Part shown: positions 1 to 10,779 of the stretch, one piece after another
Layout of the letters: each line of letters opens with the position of its first letter
Position numbering within the stretch: position 1 is the first letter of the stretch
Source: an uncultured Ignavibacteriales bacterium
Lineage (GTDB): Bacteria > Zixibacteria > MSB-5A5 > GN15 > FEB-12
Reading direction: 5' to 3'
Length of the DNA: 64,000 nt
Assembly: GCA_964464605.1 (NCBI GenBank)
Contig: CAYXJN010000001.1
Coordinates: 193,068-257,067, forward strand
Notes under the pieces: model-generated
What the model was told of the DNA's origin: nothing
Database searches by the model: none
Seen by the model: the letters and a program-made list of their open reading frames with translations, nothing else
Position numbers and translations under genes: made by a program

Positions 1-699
1 CTGGCGCAAACACATCTAAAAGCAATTACGTATGCCATGATTGCGGGAATCGTACTTGGTCTGTTATTCACGACGGTTATATTTTCGTACAGCGTCGCCC
101 GTTTTATGCCCTGGCGAACGACTCCGTTTGTATTACTCATTGCACATATCGTAGGTGTCTATGGTTTATTGAAATTAGTAATGGCTACGACATGGAAACG
201 GCATGCATATTCACTCGCGCTTGGTATCTGGGTTCTTGGTGGTCTTGGTCCGTTAGCTCTGCTTTACAAAAATTCAAATCTCCTGTCCGGTTACGGTAAA
301 AACGAAACTGAGTTGTACACATGGGCGCGAACGACTGACAAAAACGCCTTGTTTTGTGTTCTTCCGACGATGGAAGATTTTCGTATTCAAAGTCAGCGTT
401 CGGTATTTATCGACTGGAAACCTGCTCCCTCAATGCCGTCGGAAATTGTGGAGTGGTATCATCGCATGGAAGCAATCAGCGGAGTCGAAGGGTTTACTCA
501 TCTGCAGCAAACTATTGACGGCTACAACAGCATGACTCAGGAACGGCTGAACATACTCTGCGAGATGTATGGGATCAATTATGTGGTGCTACGACGTGAT
601 TGGATGAAACTACCACTTGACGCACCTACAGTATTTGAAAATCAAATCTATCGCGTGGTAAAAGCCGGAGCATGCGGCGATTCTTTACTGAATCACTAA
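1..699 (+). CDS. 5'-truncated membrane protein, DUF6798-like C-terminus (GT-C-like)
   Basis: Frame is open from base 1. Hydrophobic helices are followed by 'FRIQSQRSVFIDWK...EWYHRM...YGINYVV'. Confidence 0.55.
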   Translation: MAQTHLKAITYAMIAGIVLGLLFTTVIFSYSVARFMPWRTTPFVLLIAHIVGVYGLLKLVMATTWKRHAYSLALGIWVLGGLGPLALLYKNSNLLSGYGKNETELYTWARTTDKNALFCVLPTMEDFRIQSQRSVFIDWKPAPSMPSEIVEWYHRMEAISGVEGFTHLQQTIDGYNSMTQERLNILCEMYGINYVVLRRDWMKLPLDAPTVFENQIYRVVKAGACGDSLLNH

Positions 700-712
700 G
701 ACAGGCAAAGCA

Positions 713-1207
713 CTATTTGGCGATTCGGGCGAAATAGAACTCGTTTATTCTCGGAGCGCCGTTCAGCATACCTTCTGTTTTCACATACAGCGAATCATTG
801 CCGCGTCGACTGCAGGTGACTGTTGTCGGAAATTCGGGGCCGGTATTGGTAAAGACAGTAGTGGTTGAATCCTGAACGGTTTCTTTAAACCGCATCGTCA
901 ATTGAAGCATCGTCGATGTCCCGGACAAAATGAGCCCGGAATCAGATTCAACAGCCGTTGCCCGCGCATAGACAATTGTATCCTGACCATGAACAACTGA
1001 GTGCACACCGGAAAGAGTACGGTTATTTTGCAATTCCCACTTTTGGATATGGGCATTCTTAAAGGTGGTCATTTTCCATGTCCCAACCAGATATTTCAGA
1101 TTGTCGACAGTCCCGCGATTTTGAGCCGGCTGGTCATCCTTGGCAAACAATAAACTGAATAAAAGAACAAACGTGAGAAGAGTGGTCGTAACAAATGTCT
1201 TAAACAT
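713..1207 (-). CDS. Secreted beta-barrel protein, DUF6265-like
   Basis: Signal peptide; 'LKYLVGTW...FTNTGPEFPTTV...DSLYV' pattern. Confidence 0.55.
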   Translation of the reverse strand: MFKTFVTTTLLTFVLLFSLLFAKDDQPAQNRGTVDNLKYLVGTWKMTTFKNAHIQKWELQNNRTLSGVHSVVHGQDTIVYARATAVESDSGLILSGTSTMLQLTMRFKETVQDSTTTVFTNTGPEFPTTVTCSRRGNDSLYVKTEGMLNGAPRINEFYFARIAK

Positions 1208-1262
1208 GACAGCTAATCTCCTTGCAACTTATACACATCCCGACAACGTAGGTTCGGGATCG

Positions 1263-2636
1263 TTATTTTTTCTTCAGGGCGTTCTGATCGAATCCGTTTT
1301 GATGCAGGATCAGTTTTTCTACTTTCCCGGTACTGTCTTTCACAAAACTAATTTGGGCATCGACAACTTTTAAGAAAAACTTGGAGTCGGATTGCGGAAA
1401 CAATGAATACACTTCCTGCCCGGTCAACTGCGCTTTTAACCCACCGTTCTCATAGGTGATGGTCAAAGCTACCGCAGGATTGAATTCGTAAACGCCAACG
1501 TATGATTGCAATATCAGCGTATCAACTGTGACTGCTGCCTTGCGCGCTGGCGGCGTAAGTTCTTTTCCTAATGCCAAAACGGCAAGCTGTTCTCCTAAAG
1601 TGGTAATTTGATTATGGACGCCGGTGTTGCATAAGACGACGACGGCGAGCGCGCTATCCGGAATAACCACCATCATACCCGAGTAGCCGCCGGTCCCGCC
1701 GTTGTGCCAGCGACTGCTGCCATCCCGGGCGATATGCCAGGCAAGCCCAACAGCTGGACTGCTTGCAGAAATGAAATGCTGTTTATGCGCTAAAGCAAAA
1801 CTTGCACCCAACGGCTCGGCGCTGTAATTCATGCTGGCAATTGCGTAGTCGAGCATATCGTCACAGGTTGAGCGAAATGCCCCCGCGCCAGCCAATGAAG
1901 GCATATCCCAATTCTTGGCTTCATTCAGATCGCCGTCATACGGTGATGCCATCCGCGATTTCATTTCGGCAGTCAGCGTAATGCGCGTATCCGACATTTT
2001 CAACGGATTGCAAATGCGATTTATTACCAATTCTTCATAGGAAACTCCGGCCTTTTTTGCCAGTGCGTTTCCCAGTACCCCCATGCCGACATTGGAATAT
2101 TCATACAGACCGGGTGCTCGCCGTAATGTGTGGCCGCTGAGAAATGAGTTCAATAATTCAAATGAATAGTCGGCATACGGATTTTTCATATCCGACGGTT
2201 CGCCATCGGGTACATAAGGCAAGCCGGACGTGTGCGTTGCCAAATCGAGCAAGGTTATCGGCTTCGCTGAATCGCGCAGCATGCTCTCATTTGATAGATA
2301 ACTGTTTATCGGATCATCAAGCTTGACTTCGTTGTTCAAAATCATGTTTGCCAAAACGGTTCCGGTAAAGGTCTTCGTAATCGAACCTATTTCATAAACG
2401 GTCTTGCCATCCGGCATGGCACCTGACCCTTTCTTGGTTTCACCGTAGCCGATTATCTGCCGTTCTCCATTTTTATACACACCGACTATTATACCGACAA
2501 CCATTTTGTCATCTATCATTGGCTGAACAAACGGATCGAACTTAGACTTCATATCAAAAGCAAACGAAGAAACCGCTAAAGTCAGAGTAGATAAGAATGA
2601 AAGAATGAACGGACGGAGTTTTCTCGATCGAGCCAT
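1263..2636 (-). CDS. Serine hydrolase, beta-lactamase class C/PBP family, with DUF3471-like C-terminal domain
   Basis: SxxK (GSITK), LATHTSGLP, YSN and WHNGGTGG motifs; signal peptide. Confidence 0.9.
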   Translation of the reverse strand: MARSRKLRPFILSFLSTLTLAVSSFAFDMKSKFDPFVQPMIDDKMVVGIIVGVYKNGERQIIGYGETKKGSGAMPDGKTVYEIGSITKTFTGTVLANMILNNEVKLDDPINSYLSNESMLRDSAKPITLLDLATHTSGLPYVPDGEPSDMKNPYADYSFELLNSFLSGHTLRRAPGLYEYSNVGMGVLGNALAKKAGVSYEELVINRICNPLKMSDTRITLTAEMKSRMASPYDGDLNEAKNWDMPSLAGAGAFRSTCDDMLDYAIASMNYSAEPLGASFALAHKQHFISASSPAVGLAWHIARDGSSRWHNGGTGGYSGMMVVIPDSALAVVVLCNTGVHNQITTLGEQLAVLALGKELTPPARKAAVTVDTLILQSYVGVYEFNPAVALTITYENGGLKAQLTGQEVYSLFPQSDSKFFLKVVDAQISFVKDSTGKVEKLILHQNGFDQNALKKK

Positions 2637-2714
2637 TATTGCCTCTTCTAAATATCCTTATACCAAACGAGTTGGTAAAATATACAAAGATTTTTTGGGT
2701 TTTAAACAGCGGAA

Positions 2715-4328
2715 TCAAACAATACGGAGCTGTTTTTGCCTACCGATAATGAAAAGAAAAGTACATGCAATAGCTGCGCTAACATAAAATAAATAATAGC
2801 CGGATTCGTAGGCACTCATACTCGCTCCCCGATAATCGAAAGCGGTGGCGCCATCCTGAATACTGATATACCAAAGCAGCAGATAAAGAACTTCAAACAG
2901 CCGCCTGCCGTTTGTCCAGACTCCCAACGCAAGCGCAAGAGAAGAAACAAACATCGCCCCAATCAAGAATGAAAGCAGCAGCGCGGGCTGGCCGGTGATA
3001 ATAATACGAAGCAGAAAACCAAATCCTGTCAGAATCACAACCAGCACTCCTGACAACCAAAGCGCAGGAAGCTGGCGGCGGGATAAATGCGAAGTTGAAA
3101 AAATAGTCAAATAGGTTTGATGCATCATCTCTCTGTTTCCCATCGATGACCAAACAGCAATAGGTAACAGCGAAGCGATCGCGAATAATAATTGCGCTAC
3201 TCCATCCGAAGGTACCAGCGGCATAGCGATATTAAGACCGAGGATCGCCAAATACCACCAGATGGAATACCCTTTGAGCATCAACCGCAGTTCGGCAGTC
3301 AGTAAGTGAAAAAATGAGAATGTGCGCTGCTGCGCAGTTACCGGAGTAAGGGTTATGTGCAGTCGTACCGGTTGGTCCACTTGATGTTCGGCCAGTATAT
3401 CGGCTCGTTTTGAAAACATTCGCCTGAGCCAACCTTGTTTTGTTATCCCCATCGAATTGAATCGATCGAACGGCAATGATGCGAGAATTGTTATACCGAC
3501 AGCAAAAGCGAGCCAAATCAGACGCTCTCCTAATAGCCCAATTGTCCAGGGCATTCCCTGCCAGTCGAAGCGAACTGCCGGATCGTTCGGTGAACCGAGA
3601 ATTGCACAGGTTCCTTTGGTCACGTCGACACCGAGAGCAACAAGTTGTCTGGTGACTTCGGCACTTATTCGTGTCATACCGGAAAAATCTGACCCATAGA
3701 TCGGCTCGATTCCTGAATCAAGCTGCGCCGCACTTGTGCCAATCAGCAACAATGCCCAAAAGAAATAGAAAATGACATTTCCCCACACGCCGCGAAGAAA
3801 TGAAACCGTTTCAAACAAAATAGCAATAGCCGATACAAACGCTAAGGCAGGAAGCCCAAAAACCCAGATAGGTATCCACAAATGAAACAGATTGATATGC
3901 GTATCTTCTGCTCGAAAGAGCTGCATAACAGGCGCGATTAGCGAAAGAACAGCTAAAAGCGATGCAAGGATGAACAAATTACTTAACCATTTACCGATTA
4001 GATAGGTAATGTTGCTAACTGTTGAGGATGCGATAATTTGACCAACCCGCGTTTCATAGTCACGGCTAACCGAGGTGCGTACTAAGTAAAATCCTATCAT
4101 CGAAAGCAGTGTACCGGCAGTAACGCCGAACAGGATACCTATCCAAGATGAATTATAGTACCCACGATGATCATTAATAATAAATGAAGTATAACTTGCA
4201 CCGAATGGCGGAACGAACAGATATCCGGCCAGAAGGGTAAGAGTGATTGAGGTTAAAAAACTGAATCTGCGAAAGCGCTCCAAATAATCAGCCCGGGCAA
4301 TGATAAATATCTGCTGCCAGCGGTTCAT
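2715..4328 (-). CDS. ABC-2 type exporter permease
   Basis: Many transmembrane segments; overlaps the stop of the ABC ATPase by 4 bp. Confidence 0.75.
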   Translation of the reverse strand: MNRWQQIFIIARADYLERFRRFSFLTSITLTLLAGYLFVPPFGASYTSFIINDHRGYYNSSWIGILFGVTAGTLLSMIGFYLVRTSVSRDYETRVGQIIASSTVSNITYLIGKWLSNLFILASLLAVLSLIAPVMQLFRAEDTHINLFHLWIPIWVFGLPALAFVSAIAILFETVSFLRGVWGNVIFYFFWALLLIGTSAAQLDSGIEPIYGSDFSGMTRISAEVTRQLVALGVDVTKGTCAILGSPNDPAVRFDWQGMPWTIGLLGERLIWLAFAVGITILASLPFDRFNSMGITKQGWLRRMFSKRADILAEHQVDQPVRLHITLTPVTAQQRTFSFFHLLTAELRLMLKGYSIWWYLAILGLNIAMPLVPSDGVAQLLFAIASLLPIAVWSSMGNREMMHQTYLTIFSTSHLSRRQLPALWLSGVLVVILTGFGFLLRIIITGQPALLLSFLIGAMFVSSLALALGVWTNGRRLFEVLYLLLWYISIQDGATAFDYRGASMSAYESGYYLFYVSAAIACTFLFIIGRQKQLRIV

Positions 4329-5218
4329 GCTGCGCTGCTCTTTCCGTACTGTTCATGCCACGCGAGCGAATATAAATACGCATCTTCCAATGACGGGGCT
4401 AACGGCTTGGCCGAACTATCCGGCGGATTGGTGGTAACAACCCGAACATGGATACCATCACTACGGCGAAGTGTGTTGCTTACCAAATATTTTTTGCGAA
4501 ATGTCGGAAGTTCATCGTTCGGTATGACACACCCCCACACCTTTCCTTCGACAAAGCGAAGCATCCCTTCCGGTGAATCATGCTTGAGTAATTGTCCACC
4601 TTTGATAAGGGCAATATCGGTGGCGGTAGCTTCGATGTCAGAGACGATATGGGTCGACAAAATAACAATCCGCTCACCGGATAAATCAGACAAAAGGTTG
4701 CGAAACTGCACGCGAGATTCCGGATCAAGCCCAACTGTCGGCTCATCGACAATCAGCAGTTGTGGATCGTTCAAAAGTGCCTGCACAACGCCGACACGCT
4801 GGCGCATCCCACCGGAAAATCCACCGATAGTGCGATTACGGACATGCGTTAAATCAACGAGCGCCAGCAATTCATCAATACGCTTTTTGGCAACCGTTGC
4901 ATCAATCCCTTTTACCGCCGCCATATAGAGCAAAAATTCCTGTGCGGTCAGATTCGGGTAGACGCCGAAATCCTGTGGTAAGTAGCCGAGAACACGGCGA
5001 AGATCATGCGGATTTTTGGCGATATCCGTACCGTTCCACGTAACTGTTCCTTCAGTCGGCGTGGTAACGGTCGAGAGAATATTCATGAGTGTGGTCTTCC
5101 CTGCGCCATTCGGCCCTAAAAGCCCCAGCACTCCCGGTCGCAATGTTAGATTAAAATTGCGCAACCCCCATACGTTCCCTTTGTAGCGCTTACTTACCTG
5201 CTGTATGACAATTTCCAT
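4325..5218 (-). CDS. ABC transporter ATP-binding protein
   Basis: Walker A GPNGAGKT, FSGGMRQR signature, Walker B LIVDEP, H-loop STH. Confidence 0.95.
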   Translation of the reverse strand: MEIVIQQVSKRYKGNVWGLRNFNLTLRPGVLGLLGPNGAGKTTLMNILSTVTTPTEGTVTWNGTDIAKNPHDLRRVLGYLPQDFGVYPNLTAQEFLLYMAAVKGIDATVAKKRIDELLALVDLTHVRNRTIGGFSGGMRQRVGVVQALLNDPQLLIVDEPTVGLDPESRVQFRNLLSDLSGERIVILSTHIVSDIEATATDIALIKGGQLLKHDSPEGMLRFVEGKVWGCVIPNDELPTFRKKYLVSNTLRRSDGIHVRVVTTNPPDSSAKPLAPSLEDAYLYSLAWHEQYGKSSAA

Positions 5219-5326
5219 GCGTTCCCGTCTGTCTTCGTTTTTATCTACTTACGAAGATATTAGACAAACGTTTCCAGCCTATTGTTGCAAGGTTAAACTA
5301 AAGAGAGGATTTTGTAGGCGAAAAAC

Positions 5327-7234
5327 TTAGACGCGGGCAGAAGAGGGTGGCGTATTCGCAGACAGTAACTCAGCCTGCTTTTGGGCGCGTTTCCGATCTT
5401 CGGCATTCAGAATCGCTTTGCGTACACGAACCGCTTTCGGGGTAACTTCCACCAGTTCATCCGGGCCGATCCATTCCATCGCCTGTTCCAAAGTCATTTT
5501 TCGGGGAACATCAAGAATAACGGCAATATCTTTGGTGGATGAACGATGGTTCGTTAACGCTTTCTTTTTGGTCGGGTTGCAGGGCATGTCATCCGGGCGG
5601 GAATTTTCACCGACAATCTGGCCAGTATACACCCGTTCACCCGGCTCAACGAAAATGACCGAGCGCTCCTGGAATCCTTCGATTGCGTATGCAGTCGCCG
5701 GGCCAGTTTCCATACTGATAACCGAACCGCGGGTGCGGGCGATAATTTCACCACGCCATGCACCGTAGCCGATAAAGCGGGAAGCCATAATCCCCAATCC
5801 TCGTGTATCGGTCAAAAATTCCGAGCGATAGCCAATCAATCCGCGCGTTGAGATTTCAAATTCCAAACGGATAACATTCGTGCCGGCGTTTTCAACCGTG
5901 CGAAGTTCACCTTTCCGTTTGGCGAGTTTTTCGATGATGATTCCCTGATGCTCTTCCGGAACGTCGATAATAAGCTGCTCGATCGGTTCAAGAATGCTGC
6001 CGTCGGCATCCTGATGGGTGATAACTTCCGGGCGGGAAATACAAAATTCTAACCCTTCACGACGCATCTCTTCAATCAAAATAGCCAAATGCAGTTCACC
6101 GCGACCGGAAACCTTCACACCGTCGGCGCGGCCTAAATCTTCCATCCGCATCGCCACGTTCGTGCGCAGTTCACGCTGTAAACGCTCCTTTAACTGACGG
6201 AGCATGATTGCGGTGCCATCTTCACCGGCAAACGGTCCAGTATTGACCAAAAAGAACATCGCGACAGTAGGTTCTTCGATTTCAAGCGGCGGAAGTGCCG
6301 AGGCCGGGTCTTCCGATCCTGAGAAGGTATCGCCGATACCGATTTCATCCGGTCCGGCCAGCCAGACAATATCACCGGCGGTGATTTCATCCGCTTCCGT
6401 GCGCTGTAATCCGCGCGTTACCCAAAGATGAACACCTTTAGATTTAGTGGTGAAAGTTACGTCGAATCCGGCTTCTTTATTATTGTCATCTTTCAGATGC
6501 ACGACATGGCGGAAGAATTCTTCCCCTTTTTTCAACGTACCGCGCAAAACACGGCCGCAGCCGATCTGGCCGATATAGTCACTCCAGGCAAGCGTACTGA
6601 CCTGCATCTGGAACGGGCCATCCTGATCGACTTTTGGTGAGGGAACATTTTTGATGATGGTTTCAAACAGCGCTTCCATTCCCTGATGTGGTTCTTTATC
6701 CAGATCACGGACAAACCAGCCATCAAGACCGGAACCATAGAGCACCGGGAAATGCGCCTGTTCATCGTTGGCGCCTAAATCGATAAAGAGATCAAATGTT
6801 TTATTGAGGGCATAATCCGGGCGGGCATTCGGGCGGTCGACTTTGTTGATAATAACAATCGGCTTCAAACCGAGACGTAATGCGCGCATAGTAACATAAC
6901 GAGTCTGCGGCATCGGCCCTTCGTTGGCGTCGACAAGCAACAGAACCGAGTCAACCATCGAGAGCACACGTTCGACTTCGCCGGAAAAATCGGCGTGGCC
7001 GGGGGTGTCGATGATATTGATGAGATATTCATTCCAGTTAACCGTACAGTGTTTGGCGCGAATCGTTATTCCCCGCTCACGTTCCAGATCATGATTGTCC
7101 ATCAACCGCTCTGCCACCTGCTGGTTTTCCCGGAAGGTGCGCGTGGCGCGGAAAATGGAATCAATCAGGGTCGTTTTACCGTGATCGATATGGGCGACAA
7201 TCGCCAAATTGCGAATATGGTTTGCTGAAATCAT
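5327..7234 (-). CDS. typA: Translational GTPase TypA/BipA
   Basis: [36 protein letters not shown] and the BipA C-terminal motif ELVEVTP. Confidence 0.95.
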   Translation of the reverse strand: MISANHIRNLAIVAHIDHGKTTLIDSIFRATRTFRENQQVAERLMDNHDLERERGITIRAKHCTVNWNEYLINIIDTPGHADFSGEVERVLSMVDSVLLLVDANEGPMPQTRYVTMRALRLGLKPIVIINKVDRPNARPDYALNKTFDLFIDLGANDEQAHFPVLYGSGLDGWFVRDLDKEPHQGMEALFETIIKNVPSPKVDQDGPFQMQVSTLAWSDYIGQIGCGRVLRGTLKKGEEFFRHVVHLKDDNNKEAGFDVTFTTKSKGVHLWVTRGLQRTEADEITAGDIVWLAGPDEIGIGDTFSGSEDPASALPPLEIEEPTVAMFFLVNTGPFAGEDGTAIMLRQLKERLQRELRTNVAMRMEDLGRADGVKVSGRGELHLAILIEEMRREGLEFCISRPEVITHQDADGSILEPIEQLIIDVPEEHQGIIIEKLAKRKGELRTVENAGTNVIRLEFEISTRGLIGYRSEFLTDTRGLGIMASRFIGYGAWRGEIIARTRGSVISMETGPATAYAIEGFQERSVIFVEPGERVYTGQIVGENSRPDDMPCNPTKKKALTNHRSSTKDIAVILDVPRKMTLEQAMEWIGPDELVEVTPKAVRVRKAILNAEDRKRAQKQAELLSANTPPSSARV

Positions 7235-7313
7235 AGACTCTTTACAACCTCGTTACACACGGGCAGGTTCCCGCTTTTGTTATACCGGATCAAATCCATT
7301 CATGAAAGATCAT

Positions 7314-7350
7314 CAAAAGAAAACCCGGTGCGACTTTCGCCGTCCGGGTT
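7314..7350 (-). terminator. Terminator-like hairpin between the aldo/keto reductase gene and typA
   Basis: Minus strand AACCCGG-ACGGCGAAAGTCGCA-CCGGGTT followed by TTCTTTTG. Confidence 0.55.
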
Positions 7351-7365
7351 GTTACAGACTGGGGA

Positions 7366-7393
7366 AGTATAGTCAATTTAATAAAAAAGTCAA
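7366..7393 (-). promoter_or_regulatory. Putative sigma70 promoter upstream of typA
   Basis: Minus strand TTGACT-16 nt-TATACT. Confidence 0.55.
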
Positions 7394-7420
7394 AGGCATA
7401 TTTTCAAGCGGCGGAACCCC

Positions 7421-8368
7421 TTATGCGCTCGCCTGATTCAACAGCTCTATTTGGGTTTGGTTAAGCTGTAAACGGGTGGCAGCCAGAAGATCATTCAATT
7501 GTTCGATACCGGTTGCGCTGGCTATTGGTGTCACTAACGGCCGGGTTAACAGCCAGGCGATAGCCACATTGCCGGGAGTGCTGGATAGCTGTTTGGCAAC
7601 AGTATCGAGCGCATCCAGAATTTTAAATCCGCGTTCATTGAAATACTTGGTAATAATTCCCGCACCGCGAGGACTTTTGGAAGCATCACTTTCTTTGCGA
7701 TACTTTCCGGTCAAAAATCCACTACCTAAAGATGAATACGAAATCACGCTGATATTGTTCTTTTGACAAAGCGGAGCCAAGTCCTGTTCATATTCTTTGC
7801 GATCGAACAAATTATAGCGCGGCTGCAAGGTTTCATATCGGGGGATGCCTAATTGCTCGCTGATGCGCAATGCTTTTGCAAGTCGGTCAGCTTTGTAGTT
7901 TGACGCGCCAATCACCCGCACTTTCCCCTGTTTGACTAATTGCGCGTACGCTTCGAATCTTTCCTCAAGTGGCGTGTTTTCATCATCAATGTGCGATTGG
8001 TACAAATCAATAGTGTCGATATTCAGCCGTTTCAGTGAATCTTCTACTGCCTGCAAAATATATGTTTTGGCAAGTCCGCGCTTGGTCTCGGACATTTTAT
8101 TGCCGACTTTTGTCGCCAGCATGACCTTGTTTCGTTTGCCGCTTTTAGCAAACCAGCGGCCAAGAATCGTTTCCGATTCCCCGCCTGTATGACCCGGAAC
8201 CCATGTAGAATACACATCCGCCGTATCTATGGCGTTGAATCCGGCGTCGACAAACGCATCCAGAATCCGAAATGAAGTCGGTTCATCGACTGTCCAGCCG
8301 AACACATTGCCGCCAAACATAAGCGGCGCAATTTCTAGTTCTGAATTTCCAAGTTTTCGTTTTTGCAT
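7421..8368 (-). CDS. Aldo/keto reductase (Tas/AAD-like)
   Basis: DTADVY, ATKVG, IDLYQSH, IGASN, LQPRYNL. Confidence 0.93.
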   Translation of the reverse strand: MQKRKLGNSELEIAPLMFGGNVFGWTVDEPTSFRILDAFVDAGFNAIDTADVYSTWVPGHTGGESETILGRWFAKSGKRNKVMLATKVGNKMSETKRGLAKTYILQAVEDSLKRLNIDTIDLYQSHIDDENTPLEERFEAYAQLVKQGKVRVIGASNYKADRLAKALRISEQLGIPRYETLQPRYNLFDRKEYEQDLAPLCQKNNISVISYSSLGSGFLTGKYRKESDASKSPRGAGIITKYFNERGFKILDALDTVAKQLSSTPGNVAIAWLLTRPLVTPIASATGIEQLNDLLAATRLQLNQTQIELLNQASA

Positions 8369-8388
8369 AATGTTCTTAGCTATTTCTA

Positions 8389-9687
8389 TTAATTGTCCGA
8401 TTGAATATCAAACGAATCAAAAGTAAAATCAAGCGGCACTAATCGGTAATCCTTGATTCCAAATTGAATCTTCAGTTTGCCGCCGCTTGGGTGATCATCT
8501 GAATCTTCTTTGCGCCATGTATACGTTTCATACGAAAGCTTGCGAAAATCCCAGTTTCCTATACGTGTTCTTGCACTGAGACCTTGAGGCAAACAATCAG
8601 CATTGATTTTGCCGAGCGTTTCAGTGAGTACCCATTCCTGATAAAGGCTGACCGGTGCTTCACTGTCCTTTGGCCAAATCCAGTAGTTGTCCGAGTAGGT
8701 TCTACCGCGTCGGTGAAAGCCTTTCAGCACTATTAGCGTATCAGCAGCAATAATGAGTAATCCATCTTCTTCTTCATCTTTTAACGAGTAAGTTGTTTCC
8801 ACGTAAAGAGGGCGATACGTTGATTTGTCAACTTCAACGGCAACTATTTTCCCCGTTTCAGGATTACTGCTAAACTCACTCTCTAAGCGATAATTAATCC
8901 TGATCAAAGGATAACCCCGAAACACCCCTAACGTATCAATCTTCCAAGTTATTGGTGCACCTTGCCAGTAATCATAATGCATCCCATTCATCGAAAGAGT
9001 GGCGTATTTGATAATCAGTGAATCTGAAGTTGCTACAATCGGTGCGGCGAAATACTTACGCTCAAAAGCGTCAAGGTAAAGCCACTTGCTATCTAATCTA
9101 TTTCCTCGCTCGCCGCTTCCTATTGGCCTGTTCTTATCTTTATCCCATATCCAGTATTGATCTCCTCTATACCCGGCCATACCAGCCATGCGCGCTTCAG
9201 TACTAAGCACCCCTTTTTGGTTAACATAAGTCGACTCAAAATAAATTTCCCAAGGTTCACTTGTGATATAGGCATAGACTAATCTGAACATATCATTGCC
9301 CGTTGCAATTGCGATAGCATTGATATCACGATATAGATAAAGCACCTCAGGTGCATTATATGACGGGCACCGTGCGGTATGCTGAAACTCTAAAACTAGT
9401 CGATCATGCCATTTCCCTATAGTATCTATCTGCCATTTACCTTCAACACACTTATCAAAAAAAAGTCTATCCTTATGATCGACCATAGAAGTAGCCAGGC
9501 TATCTATGAGATTTGCTAAAGAAGTTGAACCAGGCAATGGAGCTCCCCATTGAAACCACTCTGGATCTTCCAAAGTAAATGTTATTGTTTCCCCCGTAAT
9601 GTTGGCATTGGTCAGCCCGCATAAGAAAAACAATAGTTTGAAAAGATGCTTCGAATATCGCAAATTATTTGTCACCCCTAGTTTCAC
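8389..9687 (-). CDS. Hypothetical exported protein with an internally duplicated domain
   Basis: 432-aa AT-rich ORF; two copies of a W.IDT.G...D.YWIW.KD...P unit. Confidence 0.6.
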   Translation of the reverse strand: MKLGVTNNLRYSKHLFKLLFFLCGLTNANITGETITFTLEDPEWFQWGAPLPGSTSLANLIDSLATSMVDHKDRLFFDKCVEGKWQIDTIGKWHDRLVLEFQHTARCPSYNAPEVLYLYRDINAIAIATGNDMFRLVYAYITSEPWEIYFESTYVNQKGVLSTEARMAGMAGYRGDQYWIWDKDKNRPIGSGERGNRLDSKWLYLDAFERKYFAAPIVATSDSLIIKYATLSMNGMHYDYWQGAPITWKIDTLGVFRGYPLIRINYRLESEFSSNPETGKIVAVEVDKSTYRPLYVETTYSLKDEEEDGLLIIAADTLIVLKGFHRRGRTYSDNYWIWPKDSEAPVSLYQEWVLTETLGKINADCLPQGLSARTRIGNWDFRKLSYETYTWRKEDSDDHPSGGKLKIQFGIKDYRLVPLDFTFDSFDIQSDN

Positions 9688-9778
9688 TCTGATAAGAAAG
9701 TATATATTCTTCCAGATGTCAAAAACCTTTGAGCAGGTCTCATTTAAAAAAGATACTTATTAATCAAGATCTTCACGC

Positions 9779-10552
9779 TTAGAATCGCAATGACATTGCC
9801 AGCCCGGCGCCGCCATCCGGACTGTACGGCGCAACCGAAATTGAACTTTCATGGGTGTTACGGCCGGATAATTTAAGCGAAACATAGCTTCCCAAAATTC
9901 CCCCGGCAATAACATCGCTTAAATAATGCTTATTCTCCTGAAGGCGGGAAAAACCAACATAGGTCGCTATGGCAAAAGCCGGAGTTCCCCACTTTTTTCC
10001 GAAATGATGGTATACAACTCCTGCTGTTGCGAAGGTCGATGACGTATGTCCTGAGGGGTATGAATACGGTGATCCATCTGGCCTTGTTCTGTTGATGGTA
10101 CCCTTCATTGCTGCGGTTAAAATTCCGTTTGCCGCCTGCGCGCGGATAAGGTCGGTACCGAAATCCTGCAGTTTTCTTGACTTAACAAGTTTTCCGAATG
10201 TCCATGATACCGCTGACACCGATACCGGGAAAATACCATCGCCGATAATTTCACCTGCCTCAAATGCGTTATCAGCGAATTGGGAATGTCCCCACATTTC
10301 GGTAAATTCGGGTGATTCACGCCGGAACGCGGTTGGAAACAGCAGTGGCCCGGCGCTGAGTCCGCCTATCACGGTATAAAAATCCTTTTCTCCGAGTAAA
10401 AATGATAAATCCGTATAGAACTGTCGAATGATAAACTGATGCCCGGTACCTTCATGCGCAGCGCTTGAATCAGTTGCACAGATATCAACCGAAAGCCCAA
10501 AACTAATTATTACCGTAAGAAAAAGTAAAAAGAATACGCGAGAAGGTAACAT
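9779..10552 (-). CDS. PAP2-family phosphatase
   Basis: K-x6-RP, SYPSGH and SR-x5-H-x3-D motifs. Confidence 0.9.
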   Translation of the reverse strand: MLPSRVFFLLFLTVIISFGLSVDICATDSSAAHEGTGHQFIIRQFYTDLSFLLGEKDFYTVIGGLSAGPLLFPTAFRRESPEFTEMWGHSQFADNAFEAGEIIGDGIFPVSVSAVSWTFGKLVKSRKLQDFGTDLIRAQAANGILTAAMKGTINRTRPDGSPYSYPSGHTSSTFATAGVVYHHFGKKWGTPAFAIATYVGFSRLQENKHYLSDVIAGGILGSYVSLKLSGRNTHESSISVAPYSPDGGAGLAMSLRF

Positions 10553-10685
10553 ACAACTGACTCCTGAGAATCGATCTTCAATTCTTAACAGAAAGTCTCG
10601 CTGTACACTCCTTTATCAACCGAATGTTATTGCTGTTTGTTAATATAGTAAAAAGCAGCTTTTTTCAAAGCCCTGATTATTCTCA

Positions 10686-10722
10686 CAAAAAAACCCTTTG
10701 GGTGCTTCTATCCCAAAGGGCT
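10686..10722 (-). terminator. Intrinsic terminator after the outer-membrane beta-barrel gene
   Basis: Minus strand CCCTTTGGG-ATAGAAGCA-CCCAAAGGG followed by a T7 tract. Confidence 0.8.
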
Positions 10723-10779
10723 TTGTGCTGACCCGAAGGAGGGAGTCATCCGGGCACAGCTTTTTATCTGAAGGTCTGT

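Noticed and set aside
1263..2636. Calling the serine hydrolases here and at 40097-41542 antibiotic-resistance genes
   Set aside because: The motifs show only the beta-lactamase-like fold; substrate cannot be read from sequence.
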